Part shown: one piece after another, positions 52,343-60,543 of the stretch
How the letters are laid out: the number at the start of each line of letters is the position of its first letter
Position numbering within the stretch: position 1 is the first letter of the stretch
DNA from: Candidatus Aenigmatarchaeota archaeon
Lineage (GTDB): Archaea > Aenigmatarchaeota > Aenigmatarchaeia > QMZP01 > QMZT01
Reading direction: 5' to 3'
DNA: 64,000 nt
Assembly (NCBI GenBank): GCA_026397315.1
Contig: JAPLVC010000005.1
Span: 2,088-66,087, forward strand
Program-made: the position numbers and the translations under genes
Notes under the pieces: generated by a model
What the model was told of the DNA's origin: nothing
Database searches by the model: none
Seen by the model: only the letters and a program-made list of their open reading frames with translations

Positions 52343-53890
52343 TTATAGTTTGAACAGGTTTTTAAAGAAGTTTATCACGCTATCTAGCGCCGAAGAGAAC
52401 CAGTCGTCGTTTGTTTTTGAGATTATTTTTCCGGTGGGCAGGTTTATCGCGGCGCCATTTCTAGTATCGTTTTTTGAGCCATTTTTATCCGGAATATCTT
52501 TTGTTTTTTCAACATCCTTTGCCTGCTCCGTGTTATTAAGAAAATAATTTTTCAGCGCGGCGCCGTCACTATTTGAATTTTTCCCAGTAGCCTTTCCGCT
52601 AGTTACATTGCATGCCGTCTTGTTTTCGCATTTGCACGCCTGGCATGGCGGGCAGGAACACGGTTTAGAGGTTTCGATTGTTTTTGTCTTACATAAAGAA
52701 GTTGCCTGGCCTTCTATTTTTAGTTCTCCATAGTCTTGCGAATCAAGGCCTTCAATTCTGATCGCATAGCTTCCGTTCGCATAATTGCCGTCGCAGTTGG
52801 GGTTTATTTGCAGCGGGACCGTAACTGTCTGGTTGGAAAATTTTTCATAAACGTTAAGATTCGCCTTTGCTATTTTTGTTCCGGCTGCATTTTCTATCCA
52901 GATATCTATTGAACTCTTTGTCGTGTCGCCCTTGTAAACATTTACGACAATATCCACCACGTCTCCGAACTTTGCTTTTTTATCGGAGCCTGCGTCGATT
53001 TCCAGTATTTTTATTGATGATTCTTTTGCCAGTGGTTCACCGCCGACCACGACGATTTTGTCCGCATGGTTGTTGGAAGCGTCGGTGTCGTTGCATCCGA
53101 AAACAGAAAGCTGCGCCATGATGCGATACGCTTCGGTTCCTTTTGTCGCTGGAGGCGTCCACTCCCTGGAGATGTTTTCATCACATTCCATGACTGTGGT
53201 AGAGTTGTGTTTTGCTTTGATGTGCTCGCCGAACAAATCCTCTATCCAGTATTCTATGACAACGTCTTTTTCCACGCACGACTCGTCTTTTAAAAGAAGA
53301 AGATAATTCTGCTTTTCACCCGAATTGAAAAACTGTTCTGATGCTATTGCAATTGATACGTCGCACGAATCCGCACCGGTCTCATTGGTCTGGTTGGATG
53401 GTTCGCTCGCACATATGTTTTCGTGACCGGGGGTCGATACATTCTGCTGAACTAATGCATCCGCGCAAATACCATAAGAAACATTCACATCAGGCCCTGA
53501 ATATACGATGCTCTGGATAGCAACTAAATCTTTGTAGAGAGTTATGTTGTTCCCAGTGTTCGTCAGCCTCATTGACTTGCTCTCCAGCAGTTTAGCGCCT
53601 TCTGTATTCCACATCTCGCCAAATACGCTGGCGTTTCTTGTGATTAACAAATATTCTCCGGCTGAAAGCGAAATGCTAATTATCGTCTGGTATTTGCCAG
53701 TCTCCAGCATAAGGCTCTCCGCTTCGACTGGCTCGCTTATAAAAATTTCCAGCCACTCGGAACAGTCGGAGCAGTTATCGGCCGGGTCTGGCATGAACTC
53801 GCTCACGAAAACTGCCTGCGAACTTCCTGCCAAAATCAGGAAAAAGAAAGGCGTTATGGATAAAATGAGCAGTTCCGAAGCCTGTTTCAT
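52343..53890 (-). CDS. secreted protein with an N-terminal lamin-tail-domain (LTD)-like module, Ig-like repeats and a Cys-cluster
   Basis: 515 aa. A signal peptide is followed by VFVSEFMPDPADNCSDCSEWLEIF, matching the LTD consensus (NEFMPNP...EWIEL). It has multiple N-X-S/T sequons, a C-terminal CSCPPCQACKCENKTAC cluster and an Asn/Lys-rich tail. Confidence 0.75.
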   Translation of the reverse strand: MKQASELLILSITPFFFLILAGSSQAVFVSEFMPDPADNCSDCSEWLEIFISEPVEAESLMLETGKYQTIISISLSAGEYLLITRNASVFGEMWNTEGAKLLESKSMRLTNTGNNITLYKDLVAIQSIVYSGPDVNVSYGICADALVQQNVSTPGHENICASEPSNQTNETGADSCDVSIAIASEQFFNSGEKQNYLLLLKDESCVEKDVVIEYWIEDLFGEHIKAKHNSTTVMECDENISREWTPPATKGTEAYRIMAQLSVFGCNDTDASNNHADKIVVVGGEPLAKESSIKILEIDAGSDKKAKFGDVVDIVVNVYKGDTTKSSIDIWIENAAGTKIAKANLNVYEKFSNQTVTVPLQINPNCDGNYANGSYAIRIEGLDSQDYGELKIEGQATSLCKTKTIETSKPCSCPPCQACKCENKTACNVTSGKATGKNSNSDGAALKNYFLNNTEQAKDVEKTKDIPDKNGSKNDTRNGAAINLPTGKIISKTNDDWFSSALDSVINFFKNLFKL

Positions 53891-53922
53891 GAAATAATTG
53901 TGAAATATATGTTAAAATAGTT

Positions 53923-53945
53923 ATGTTTAAACATATGTTTAAACG
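53923..53945. repeat. tandem copies of the palindromic motif ATGTTTAAACAT / ATGTTTAAACG
   Basis: The tandem copies occupy 53923-53934 and 53935-53945, about 33-55 nt upstream of the LTD gene start. An identical 12-mer recurs at 62230-62241. Confidence 0.6.
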
Positions 53946-53957
53946 TTTTTCAATGTT

Positions 53958-54488
53958 TCATCTGCAGTCTGAACAAATCCATCTGCCGTCCGTGTTCCTT
54001 AATTCCTCGGAAAATTCACTACACTTCTCGCAAATGCCGGAAATTACCTGATTGGGGCGTGCGACTATTTCTGCCCTGGCTTTTAGCCTCTCCGAAAGGA
54101 TTTCGACAAGCTCCGGCGAGACAGTTATTATTTCCTTTGTCGAGACTATGCCTTTCAGCTCGCCGTTCTCCACGACCGGAAATCTTTTATAGCCGGTCTT
54201 GAGCATTTTTTTGGCGACCTTCATCATGCTCTCGTCAGAAGAAATGGTGATGAAAGGCCTTTTCATGCTGGTCCAGTAATCTCCGGCCTTGACTTTCTTG
54301 AGGTCCTTCTCCTTTGCCACTAGCGTGACTATGTCGTTTGTTGTTATGAGGCCGATGGGCTTGTTTTCGCTGATTATGACCACGCAACCGATCTTGTTAT
54401 TCGTAAGGATTTTGGCTATGGTGGACATGTTCATTTTAGGGTCAACGGTGACCACGTGCTTCTTCATTACATCTCTTACTCTTATCAT
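53958..54488 (-). CDS. CBS-pair protein with a C-terminal zinc ribbon
   Basis: I take the ATG at 54488 (MIRVRDVMKK, a typical CBS start), because the longer ORF begins with GTG. It has two CBS motifs and a terminal CEKC...CSDC. Confidence 0.8.
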   Translation of the reverse strand: MIRVRDVMKKHVVTVDPKMNMSTIAKILTNNKIGCVVIISENKPIGLITTNDIVTLVAKEKDLKKVKAGDYWTSMKRPFITISSDESMMKVAKKMLKTGYKRFPVVENGELKGIVSTKEIITVSPELVEILSERLKARAEIVARPNQVISGICEKCSEFSEELRNTDGRWICSDCR

Positions 54489-54563
54489 CGAAAACACCCC
54501 GATTATATTCACTGGCCAAACTTTTTAAACATGTTTTATGGCATCATTGCTAGCGCAATTCCG

Positions 54564-57302
54564 CTACTTTTTGGCTTTTTCCTTTATCTTCGCCTGGGCA
54601 GCGGACAACCTTGCTACCGGAATCCTGAAAGGAGAACAGGATACATAGTCCATGCCTATTCTATGGCAGAATTCTATGGTCCTTGGGTCGCCGCCATGCT
54701 CACCGCATATGCCGATTTCCAGGTTCTTTCTGGCTTTTCTGCCGCGTTCTATGCCTATCTTCATGATGTCGCCTACGCCCTGCTGGTCGATTGTCTGGAA
54801 CGGATCTTCGGCAAGTATGCCTTTTTTCAGATAGTCCTGCAGGAAGCTGCCTATGTCGTCGCGCGAGAAGCCGAAGCCCATCTGCGTCATGTCGTTCGTT
54901 CCGTAAGAAAAGAACTGCGCGACCTCGGCAAGCTTGTCGGCGACGAACGCCGCCCTAGGTATTTCTATCATCGTGCCGAACATGTGCCTTATCTGTTTTA
55001 TTTTGTATTTGGCAAGCACGTCTTTGTAAACCCTCTCCACGATTTCGAGCTGATTTTTGAGCTCTTTGGCATCTGAAACGACTGCTATCATTATCTCCGG
55101 ATATGGCTTCTTACCTTCATTTATGAGTTCCGCGGCCGCCTCGAAAATGGCGCGTATTTGCATCTCGGAAATTTCGGGGTATGTTATGCCCAGGCGCACG
55201 CCGCGGTGGCCCATCATGGGATTAGACTCATGAAGGTTCTCTGCTCGTGCTTCCAGCTCTTCCATGGTTATGCCCAGATTGCTGGCCAACTGCTGCAGCT
55301 TTTCTCTGTCTTTTGGCACAAACTCGTGCAGCGGTGGGTCAAGAAGGCGTATGACGACGGGCAGATTGTCCATCGCCAGAAGCGTTCCCTTTATGTCTTT
55401 TTTGACATATGGATAAAGCTCATCCAGCGCCTTTCTCCTCTCACTCTCTGTCTTTGAAACTATCATTTTGCGGAGCCTGAAAAGCGGCTCTTCAGAATTC
55501 TTGCCGTAGAACATATGCTCGGTCCTGAAAAGTCCGATACCTTCAGCACCGAATTGTCTCGCCTTTTCCGCGTCTTCAGGCGTATCGGCATTTGTGCGGA
55601 CGCCGAGCTTTCTTACTGAATCGCAAAGCCTAAGAAAATCGTTGAGCGGTTTGTTCTCTTTCATAGCATCCATCATGGGCAATCGTCCTTCGTACACGTT
55701 GCCTTTCGTGCCGTTGAGCGTCAGCCAGTCGCCTTCCCTGAGGATTGTGCCTTCCGCATGAAGCTCTTTTTTGGCGGCATCCACGTGCAACGCCCCTGCT
55801 CCGACGATGCAGCACTTGCCCCAGCCTCTCGCCACGAGCGCCGCGTGCGACGTCATGCCGCCGCGGGCGGTGAGAATCGCCTGTGCTGCGCGCATTCCCT
55901 CGACGTCCTCAGGGTTCGTTTCCTCGCGCACAAGTATTACTTTCTTACCTTGCCTGGCCCATTCCACCGCGTCTTTTGCCGTGAAAACAATCTGGCCATT
56001 CGCCCCTCCTGGCCCGGCAGGAAGACCTTTGGCGACGACCTTGCATTTCGCCTCTGCCTTGGTGTCGACTATGGGATGTAGCAGTTCGTCGAGCTGCGAA
56101 GGTGTCACGCGCATAATGGCTTCATCTTTCGTGATGAGTTTCTCTTTTAGCATGTCCATTGCCATGCGCACAGCGGCCGGACCGTTCCTCTTGCCGATGC
56201 GGCACTGCAGCATGTAAAGTTTGTCGCGCTCTATCGTAAATTCTATGTCCTGCATGTCGCGATAATGACTCTCGAGTTTTTTCTGATACGTGAAAAGCTC
56301 CTTGTAAAGATGCGGCATGGTTTTCTCCAGTGTGACCAGCGTTCTGTTGTGCTCCGATTTAGAATATTCATTTATCGGTGCAGGCGTACGTATGCCAGCA
56401 ACGACGTCCTCTCCTTGGGCATTTATCAGGTATTCCCCGTAGAAGTCATTTTCACCGTTGCCTGGGTTTCGCGTGAAAGCCACACCAGTCGCCGAATCGT
56501 TGCCCATGTTGCCGAAAACCATCGTTTGCACGTTGACTGCAGTCCCCCATTCGTCAGGTATGTTTTCGATGCGGCGATAGCTGACGGCGCGCTTGCCGTT
56601 CCATGACGAGAAGACCGCACTTATCCCGCCCCACAGCTGCTCGTCCGGGTCGTCCGGGAAGTTCTTGCCGAGAATGTCTTTGACCTTGGTTTTGAAAAGC
56701 CAGCAAAGCTTCTTCAGGTCCTCCGCCGTAAGGTCTGTATCGCTTTTGCATCCTTTTTCCTTTTTCACCTTGTCCATTATCTTTTCGAGTTGCTTGCGTA
56801 TGCCGGACTCGTCGTCCTTGGGTTCTATGCCCGCCGCCTTTTCCATGACGACGTCCGAGTACATCATAATAAGGCGCCTGTATGCATCGTAAACGAAGCG
56901 CTCGTTGCCGCCGCTCTGCTTGATCATGCCATGTATGGTTTTCGTGGTAAGACCGACGTTAAGGACGGTTTCCATCATGCCGGGCATCGACTTGCGCGCG
57001 CCGGAGCGCACCGAAACCAGAAGCGGGTTTGCGGGGTCGCCGAATTTCCTGTGCATGAGCTCCTCGATTTTTTTCATCGCTTTCCCCACTTCACTCTTAA
57101 GCTCCTTGGAATATTTTTTACCATTCTTGTAATAATACGTGCAGACTTCTGTTGTAATCGTAAAACCCGGAGGGACCGGAAGCCGCAAAGCAGGATGGCC
57201 CGCCATCTCTGCGAGATTCGCTCCCTTGCCGCCCAGCAGCTCCTTCATCTTCTCGTTGCCGTCAGCCTTTCCTCCGCCGAAAAAATAAACATGCTTCTTC
57301 AT
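54564..57302 (-). CDS. ppdK: pyruvate, phosphate dikinase
   Basis: 912 aa. It has an N-terminal ATP-grasp (LLGGKGANLAEM), the phosphohistidine motif GGMTSHAALVARG and a C-terminal PEP-utilising TIM barrel (FFSYGTNDMTQ). Confidence 0.95.
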   Translation of the reverse strand: MKKHVYFFGGGKADGNEKMKELLGGKGANLAEMAGHPALRLPVPPGFTITTEVCTYYYKNGKKYSKELKSEVGKAMKKIEELMHRKFGDPANPLLVSVRSGARKSMPGMMETVLNVGLTTKTIHGMIKQSGGNERFVYDAYRRLIMMYSDVVMEKAAGIEPKDDESGIRKQLEKIMDKVKKEKGCKSDTDLTAEDLKKLCWLFKTKVKDILGKNFPDDPDEQLWGGISAVFSSWNGKRAVSYRRIENIPDEWGTAVNVQTMVFGNMGNDSATGVAFTRNPGNGENDFYGEYLINAQGEDVVAGIRTPAPINEYSKSEHNRTLVTLEKTMPHLYKELFTYQKKLESHYRDMQDIEFTIERDKLYMLQCRIGKRNGPAAVRMAMDMLKEKLITKDEAIMRVTPSQLDELLHPIVDTKAEAKCKVVAKGLPAGPGGANGQIVFTAKDAVEWARQGKKVILVREETNPEDVEGMRAAQAILTARGGMTSHAALVARGWGKCCIVGAGALHVDAAKKELHAEGTILREGDWLTLNGTKGNVYEGRLPMMDAMKENKPLNDFLRLCDSVRKLGVRTNADTPEDAEKARQFGAEGIGLFRTEHMFYGKNSEEPLFRLRKMIVSKTESERRKALDELYPYVKKDIKGTLLAMDNLPVVIRLLDPPLHEFVPKDREKLQQLASNLGITMEELEARAENLHESNPMMGHRGVRLGITYPEISEMQIRAIFEAAAELINEGKKPYPEIMIAVVSDAKELKNQLEIVERVYKDVLAKYKIKQIRHMFGTMIEIPRAAFVADKLAEVAQFFSYGTNDMTQMGFGFSRDDIGSFLQDYLKKGILAEDPFQTIDQQGVGDIMKIGIERGRKARKNLEIGICGEHGGDPRTIEFCHRIGMDYVSCSPFRIPVARLSAAQAKIKEKAKK

Positions 57303-57382
57303 ATTATCACCCTCAAATTAGATTAAACCTTTTGGTCTTTTTAATTTAAAAATATATATTAGACCCGGCCCAACGTATATAT

Positions 57383-57865
57383 ATGGGCAAGAAAGGCATA
57401 TCGCCAGTTATAGCCAGCGTCCTTCTCATAGGCATAACTGTGGCGGTTGGTGTGATGCTTTCTTCGTGGATAACGCACTGGATAAGCAACAAGACCCAGG
57501 ACATAAGCAGCGCCTGTGCCACGAGCACCAACTACAAGATAGATTCCGTTATATATTCAGCAGCCACCAAGAACATGACTATAATGCTGACTAACATGGG
57601 AAGCGTCGAACTTTATGGTTTCAGCGTCCAGATTATGAACGGAACCGAGGTTATAGTTTATAACTACACTGATACTAAATTTAAAATAAGTCCCAATATA
57701 ACGCAGGACATGCCGCTCAAGCAGCAGAGATCTGCGATAATAATAGTATCCCTTGACAACAGCGGATACGAAGCCGGCCTCGGCGAGACGGCCGATATGG
57801 TAAAGGTTCTCAACAGCGCCTGCCCGGCATTTTCGCTTGAAACGAGAACCGTGACAAAGGAGTGA
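57383..57865 (+). CDS. archaeal type IV pilin (class III signal peptide), paralog 1
   Basis: 160 aa. The N-terminus MGKKG/ISPVIASVLLIGITVAVGVML is the canonical archaeal pilin N-terminal domain. Two Cys residues flank the beta-rich body. An A/T-rich promoter lies upstream. Confidence 0.85.
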   Translation: MGKKGISPVIASVLLIGITVAVGVMLSSWITHWISNKTQDISSACATSTNYKIDSVIYSAATKNMTIMLTNMGSVELYGFSVQIMNGTEVIVYNYTDTKFKISPNITQDMPLKQQRSAIIIVSLDNSGYEAGLGETADMVKVLNSACPAFSLETRTVTKE

Positions 57866-57870
57866 TGTGC

Positions 57871-58308
57871 ATGATGAGGAAAGGTATATCCCCGCTGATA
57901 GCGACTATAATGTTAATAGCTTTTACTATGATTGTTGCAGGTATAATCGCAGGCTGGGCGACGCAGTTTGTGACGCAGAGCCGTTCGGAGCTGCAGTTCT
58001 GCTCCAAGGCTCAGATGCTGATACAAAGGGCGTATTACGATAACACGTCAAAAACGCTCACTCTTGCGCTTTTCAACACGGGTGACGTTCCTCTTGACGG
58101 TTTCTCCGTGAGGATTACCTACAACAACGAGACCATAACCTCCGAGAAATTCGAGGACCTTAACATATCATATCAGGAGATAAAGACCGCGGTCGTGCTT
58201 ACTGACGACACGCTCAAACAGATAGCAGTACAATCCCTGCAATGCAGGGGCGCGCAGGATATGATAAACAGGTATGACGTCCAGGGCATAGGCTTCAAGT
58301 CGTTCTAA
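57871..58308 (+). CDS. archaeal type IV pilin (class III signal peptide), paralog 2
   Basis: I take the ATG at 57871, after AAGGAG; alternatives are 57865 and 57874. The N-terminus is MMRKG/ISPLIATIMLIAFTMIVAGII. It has the same two-Cys arrangement as the preceding gene. Confidence 0.85.
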   Translation: MMRKGISPLIATIMLIAFTMIVAGIIAGWATQFVTQSRSELQFCSKAQMLIQRAYYDNTSKTLTLALFNTGDVPLDGFSVRITYNNETITSEKFEDLNISYQEIKTAVVLTDDTLKQIAVQSLQCRGAQDMINRYDVQGIGFKSF

Positions 58309-58351
58309 CGCCCTCTACGTTCTTTTTTATTTACCTTTCACAATTCTTTTT

Positions 58352-58762
58352 ATGAAATTCCGGTTCGTCAAGGACCTGACTTCGGACGTCGTGTTCGAGG
58401 CGTTCGGCAAGGACAATAAAGAGCTTTTCGAAAACGCAGGCCTTGCCCTCATGAGCGTCATATGTCAGGTGGATAAAATAGCACCGCTGCTTTCCAAAGA
58501 CGTGGAAGTCGAAGGTGAAAACGAAAAAGACCTGCTGTTCAACTGGCTGCAGAAGCTCATAGAGATGGTTGACATCGAAAACGTTTTCTTCTCCAAATTC
58601 GAGATCAAAAAAATCAGCGGCAAACACATGATCGTCAAATGTTTTGGCGAAGGCTCCGACCCCAGCAGGGGTGGTACGCTTGTCAAAGCAGTGACTTATT
58701 ACAAGTTCAACATCGAAAAAACAAATGACGGCTTCAAGGCTACTGTGAGCCTGGATATATGA
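58352..58762 (+). CDS. archease
   Basis: 136 aa. The N-terminus F..DLTSDVVFEAFGKDNKELFENAGLALMSVI and the C-terminal VKAVTYYKF are typical of archease. Confidence 0.9.
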   Translation: MKFRFVKDLTSDVVFEAFGKDNKELFENAGLALMSVICQVDKIAPLLSKDVEVEGENEKDLLFNWLQKLIEMVDIENVFFSKFEIKKISGKHMIVKCFGEGSDPSRGGTLVKAVTYYKFNIEKTNDGFKATVSLDI

Positions 58763-58763
58763 A

Positions 58764-60176
58764 CTAGCCTTTGCAAACGCCGATCGGCAGCGCCTTTGCG
58801 ACCTTGAGCGAGATTCCCATGCCATGTACGCTTTCTATCACGTCGTCGACGTTCTTGTAAGCGCCTGGCGCTTCCTCTGCGAGGACTTCGGGATGCGTTG
58901 ATTGGGCGACGATGCCCTTTTTCGCGAGGTCGTCCTTGACCTTCCCGCCCCAGAACTTCTTTATCGCGTCGTTTCTTGACATTGCCCTACCGGCGCCGTG
59001 CACGGTCGAACCGAATGTCTTCTCTAGCGAAATTTCCGTACCTTTCAGGATGTAGCTTGACGTTCCCATGGTGCCTGCTATGAGCACCGGGTCTCCCGGG
59101 AAGCTACGCGTCGACCCTTTCCTGTGGACGTAAACCTTGCGTTTTTTGCCGTCTATTTTGTGTTCTTCTATCTTCACGACATTGTGGCAGAGACCGTAAA
59201 GCGTGTGCATGCCCATGGATTCCCAATCTCGGCCGAATACTTTTTCGAACGTTTCGCGTATCCACTGGGTCATGACCAGGCGGTTCGTGAAGGAATAGTT
59301 CACGGCGCATTTCATCGCGGAAAAATAATCCTGGGCTTCCTGTGTTTTCGCCGGCGCGCATGCCAGCTGCCTGTCAGGAAGCCATATTTTGTATTTATCT
59401 ACCGCCTTCTCCTGTATTTTCAGGTAGTCAGTCGCCACTTGATGGCCGAGGCCGCGCGAGCCGCAGTGCAGCATTATGAGGATCTGGTCCGACTTTTCTA
59501 TACCCCATTTGCTAGCGACTTGTGCATCGTAAATTTCTGAAACCTTCTGTATTTCCAGAAAATGGTTCCCGGCGCCGAGCGTTCCCAGCTGCTCGAGCCC
59601 GCGCTTTTTCGCGAGGTCTGAAACCTTTTTCGGGTCGCCGCCTTCCATGCATCCTTTTTCTTCCATGTGTTCCCTGTCGCTGGCGACGCCGTAGCCGTTT
59701 TCTATCGCCCAATTAACGCCGTGCGTGAGGACTTGCGCAAGCTGGTCATGCGTTAGTTTAAGCCTTCCATGAGCACCTACGCCACATGGTATTGCCTTGA
59801 AAAGGGCTGATATAAGTTCGTTGAGCTTCGGTTTCACTTCATCATAAGTGAGGCTGGTGCGTATGGAATTAACGCCACAGTTTATGTCGAAGCCGCACAA
59901 GCCTGAAGAAATTACACCTTCGTCAAAATCGAATGCAGATACCGCACCCATAGGGAGACCGTAGCCCCAGTGCATGTCTGGAAGGCCGATTACAGGCTCC
60001 ATCACGCCAGGCAGGCAGGCGACATTGGTGAGCTGTTCGATGGCAGCGTCTTCGAGGCCGTTTATGATCTGGCTGTTGCCCACGATTTTTGCCTTCACGT
60101 TCATCTTGGGTCTGACGTTTTTGTCAAGTTCCCACTCATAACCGGAAATCTGTTTCAGTTTGTTTTTCATCGTCAT
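58764..60176 (-). CDS. rtcB: RNA 3'-phosphate ligase RtcB (tRNA-splicing ligase)
   Basis: 470 aa with GLPDMHWGYGLPMG, GFDINCG, LHCGSRGLGHQ and STVHGAGR motifs. Confidence 0.95.
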   Translation of the reverse strand: MTMKNKLKQISGYEWELDKNVRPKMNVKAKIVGNSQIINGLEDAAIEQLTNVACLPGVMEPVIGLPDMHWGYGLPMGAVSAFDFDEGVISSGLCGFDINCGVNSIRTSLTYDEVKPKLNELISALFKAIPCGVGAHGRLKLTHDQLAQVLTHGVNWAIENGYGVASDREHMEEKGCMEGGDPKKVSDLAKKRGLEQLGTLGAGNHFLEIQKVSEIYDAQVASKWGIEKSDQILIMLHCGSRGLGHQVATDYLKIQEKAVDKYKIWLPDRQLACAPAKTQEAQDYFSAMKCAVNYSFTNRLVMTQWIRETFEKVFGRDWESMGMHTLYGLCHNVVKIEEHKIDGKKRKVYVHRKGSTRSFPGDPVLIAGTMGTSSYILKGTEISLEKTFGSTVHGAGRAMSRNDAIKKFWGGKVKDDLAKKGIVAQSTHPEVLAEEAPGAYKNVDDVIESVHGMGISLKVAKALPIGVCKG

Positions 60177-60278
60177 GTGCTCCCTCCAGAACTATGATGC
60201 GTTATTAATATTTAAAATAGTTTTTCTTATATAGGGTCATCAATTAATATATTAATGATATTGAAGGCAGGTGAATAA

Positions 60279-60533
60279 ATGAGCAGTAAACAATTCTACA
60301 AAAGAGGGTGGCACCACAACAAAGGCAGAGGAAGGGAAACGTCTGTCACATGCGGTTTCTGCGGAAGGATTGTGCCAAAATACAAGACCTTTGCTGTTTA
60401 CAGGGGATTTTCCATAACCGACCCTTCTCTCAGAAGTGAGCTTGGTGGAAGAGGCGGCTCCTTATTTTCAACCAAATTGTATGCGTGCCCTGGTTGTGCG
60501 AGGCATAGAAGGATTATAAAGAAAAAGAGATGA
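60279..60533 (+). CDS. rps26e: ribosomal protein eS26
   Basis: 84 aa. KGRGRETSVTCGFCGRIVPKYK...KLYACPGCARHRRIIKKK matches the eS26 Zn-ribbon pattern (RGHV..V.C..C...VPKDKA...KL..C.SCA.H). AGGTGA lies upstream. Confidence 0.75.
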   Translation: MSSKQFYKRGWHHNKGRGRETSVTCGFCGRIVPKYKTFAVYRGFSITDPSLRSELGGRGGSLFSTKLYACPGCARHRRIIKKKR

Positions 60534-60543
60534 CGGTGCATTG

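Noticed and set aside
54456-55076. A 206-aa plus-strand ORF and other ORFs inside 54564-57302.
   Set aside because: They are antisense to or out of frame with the unambiguous pyruvate phosphate dikinase gene.
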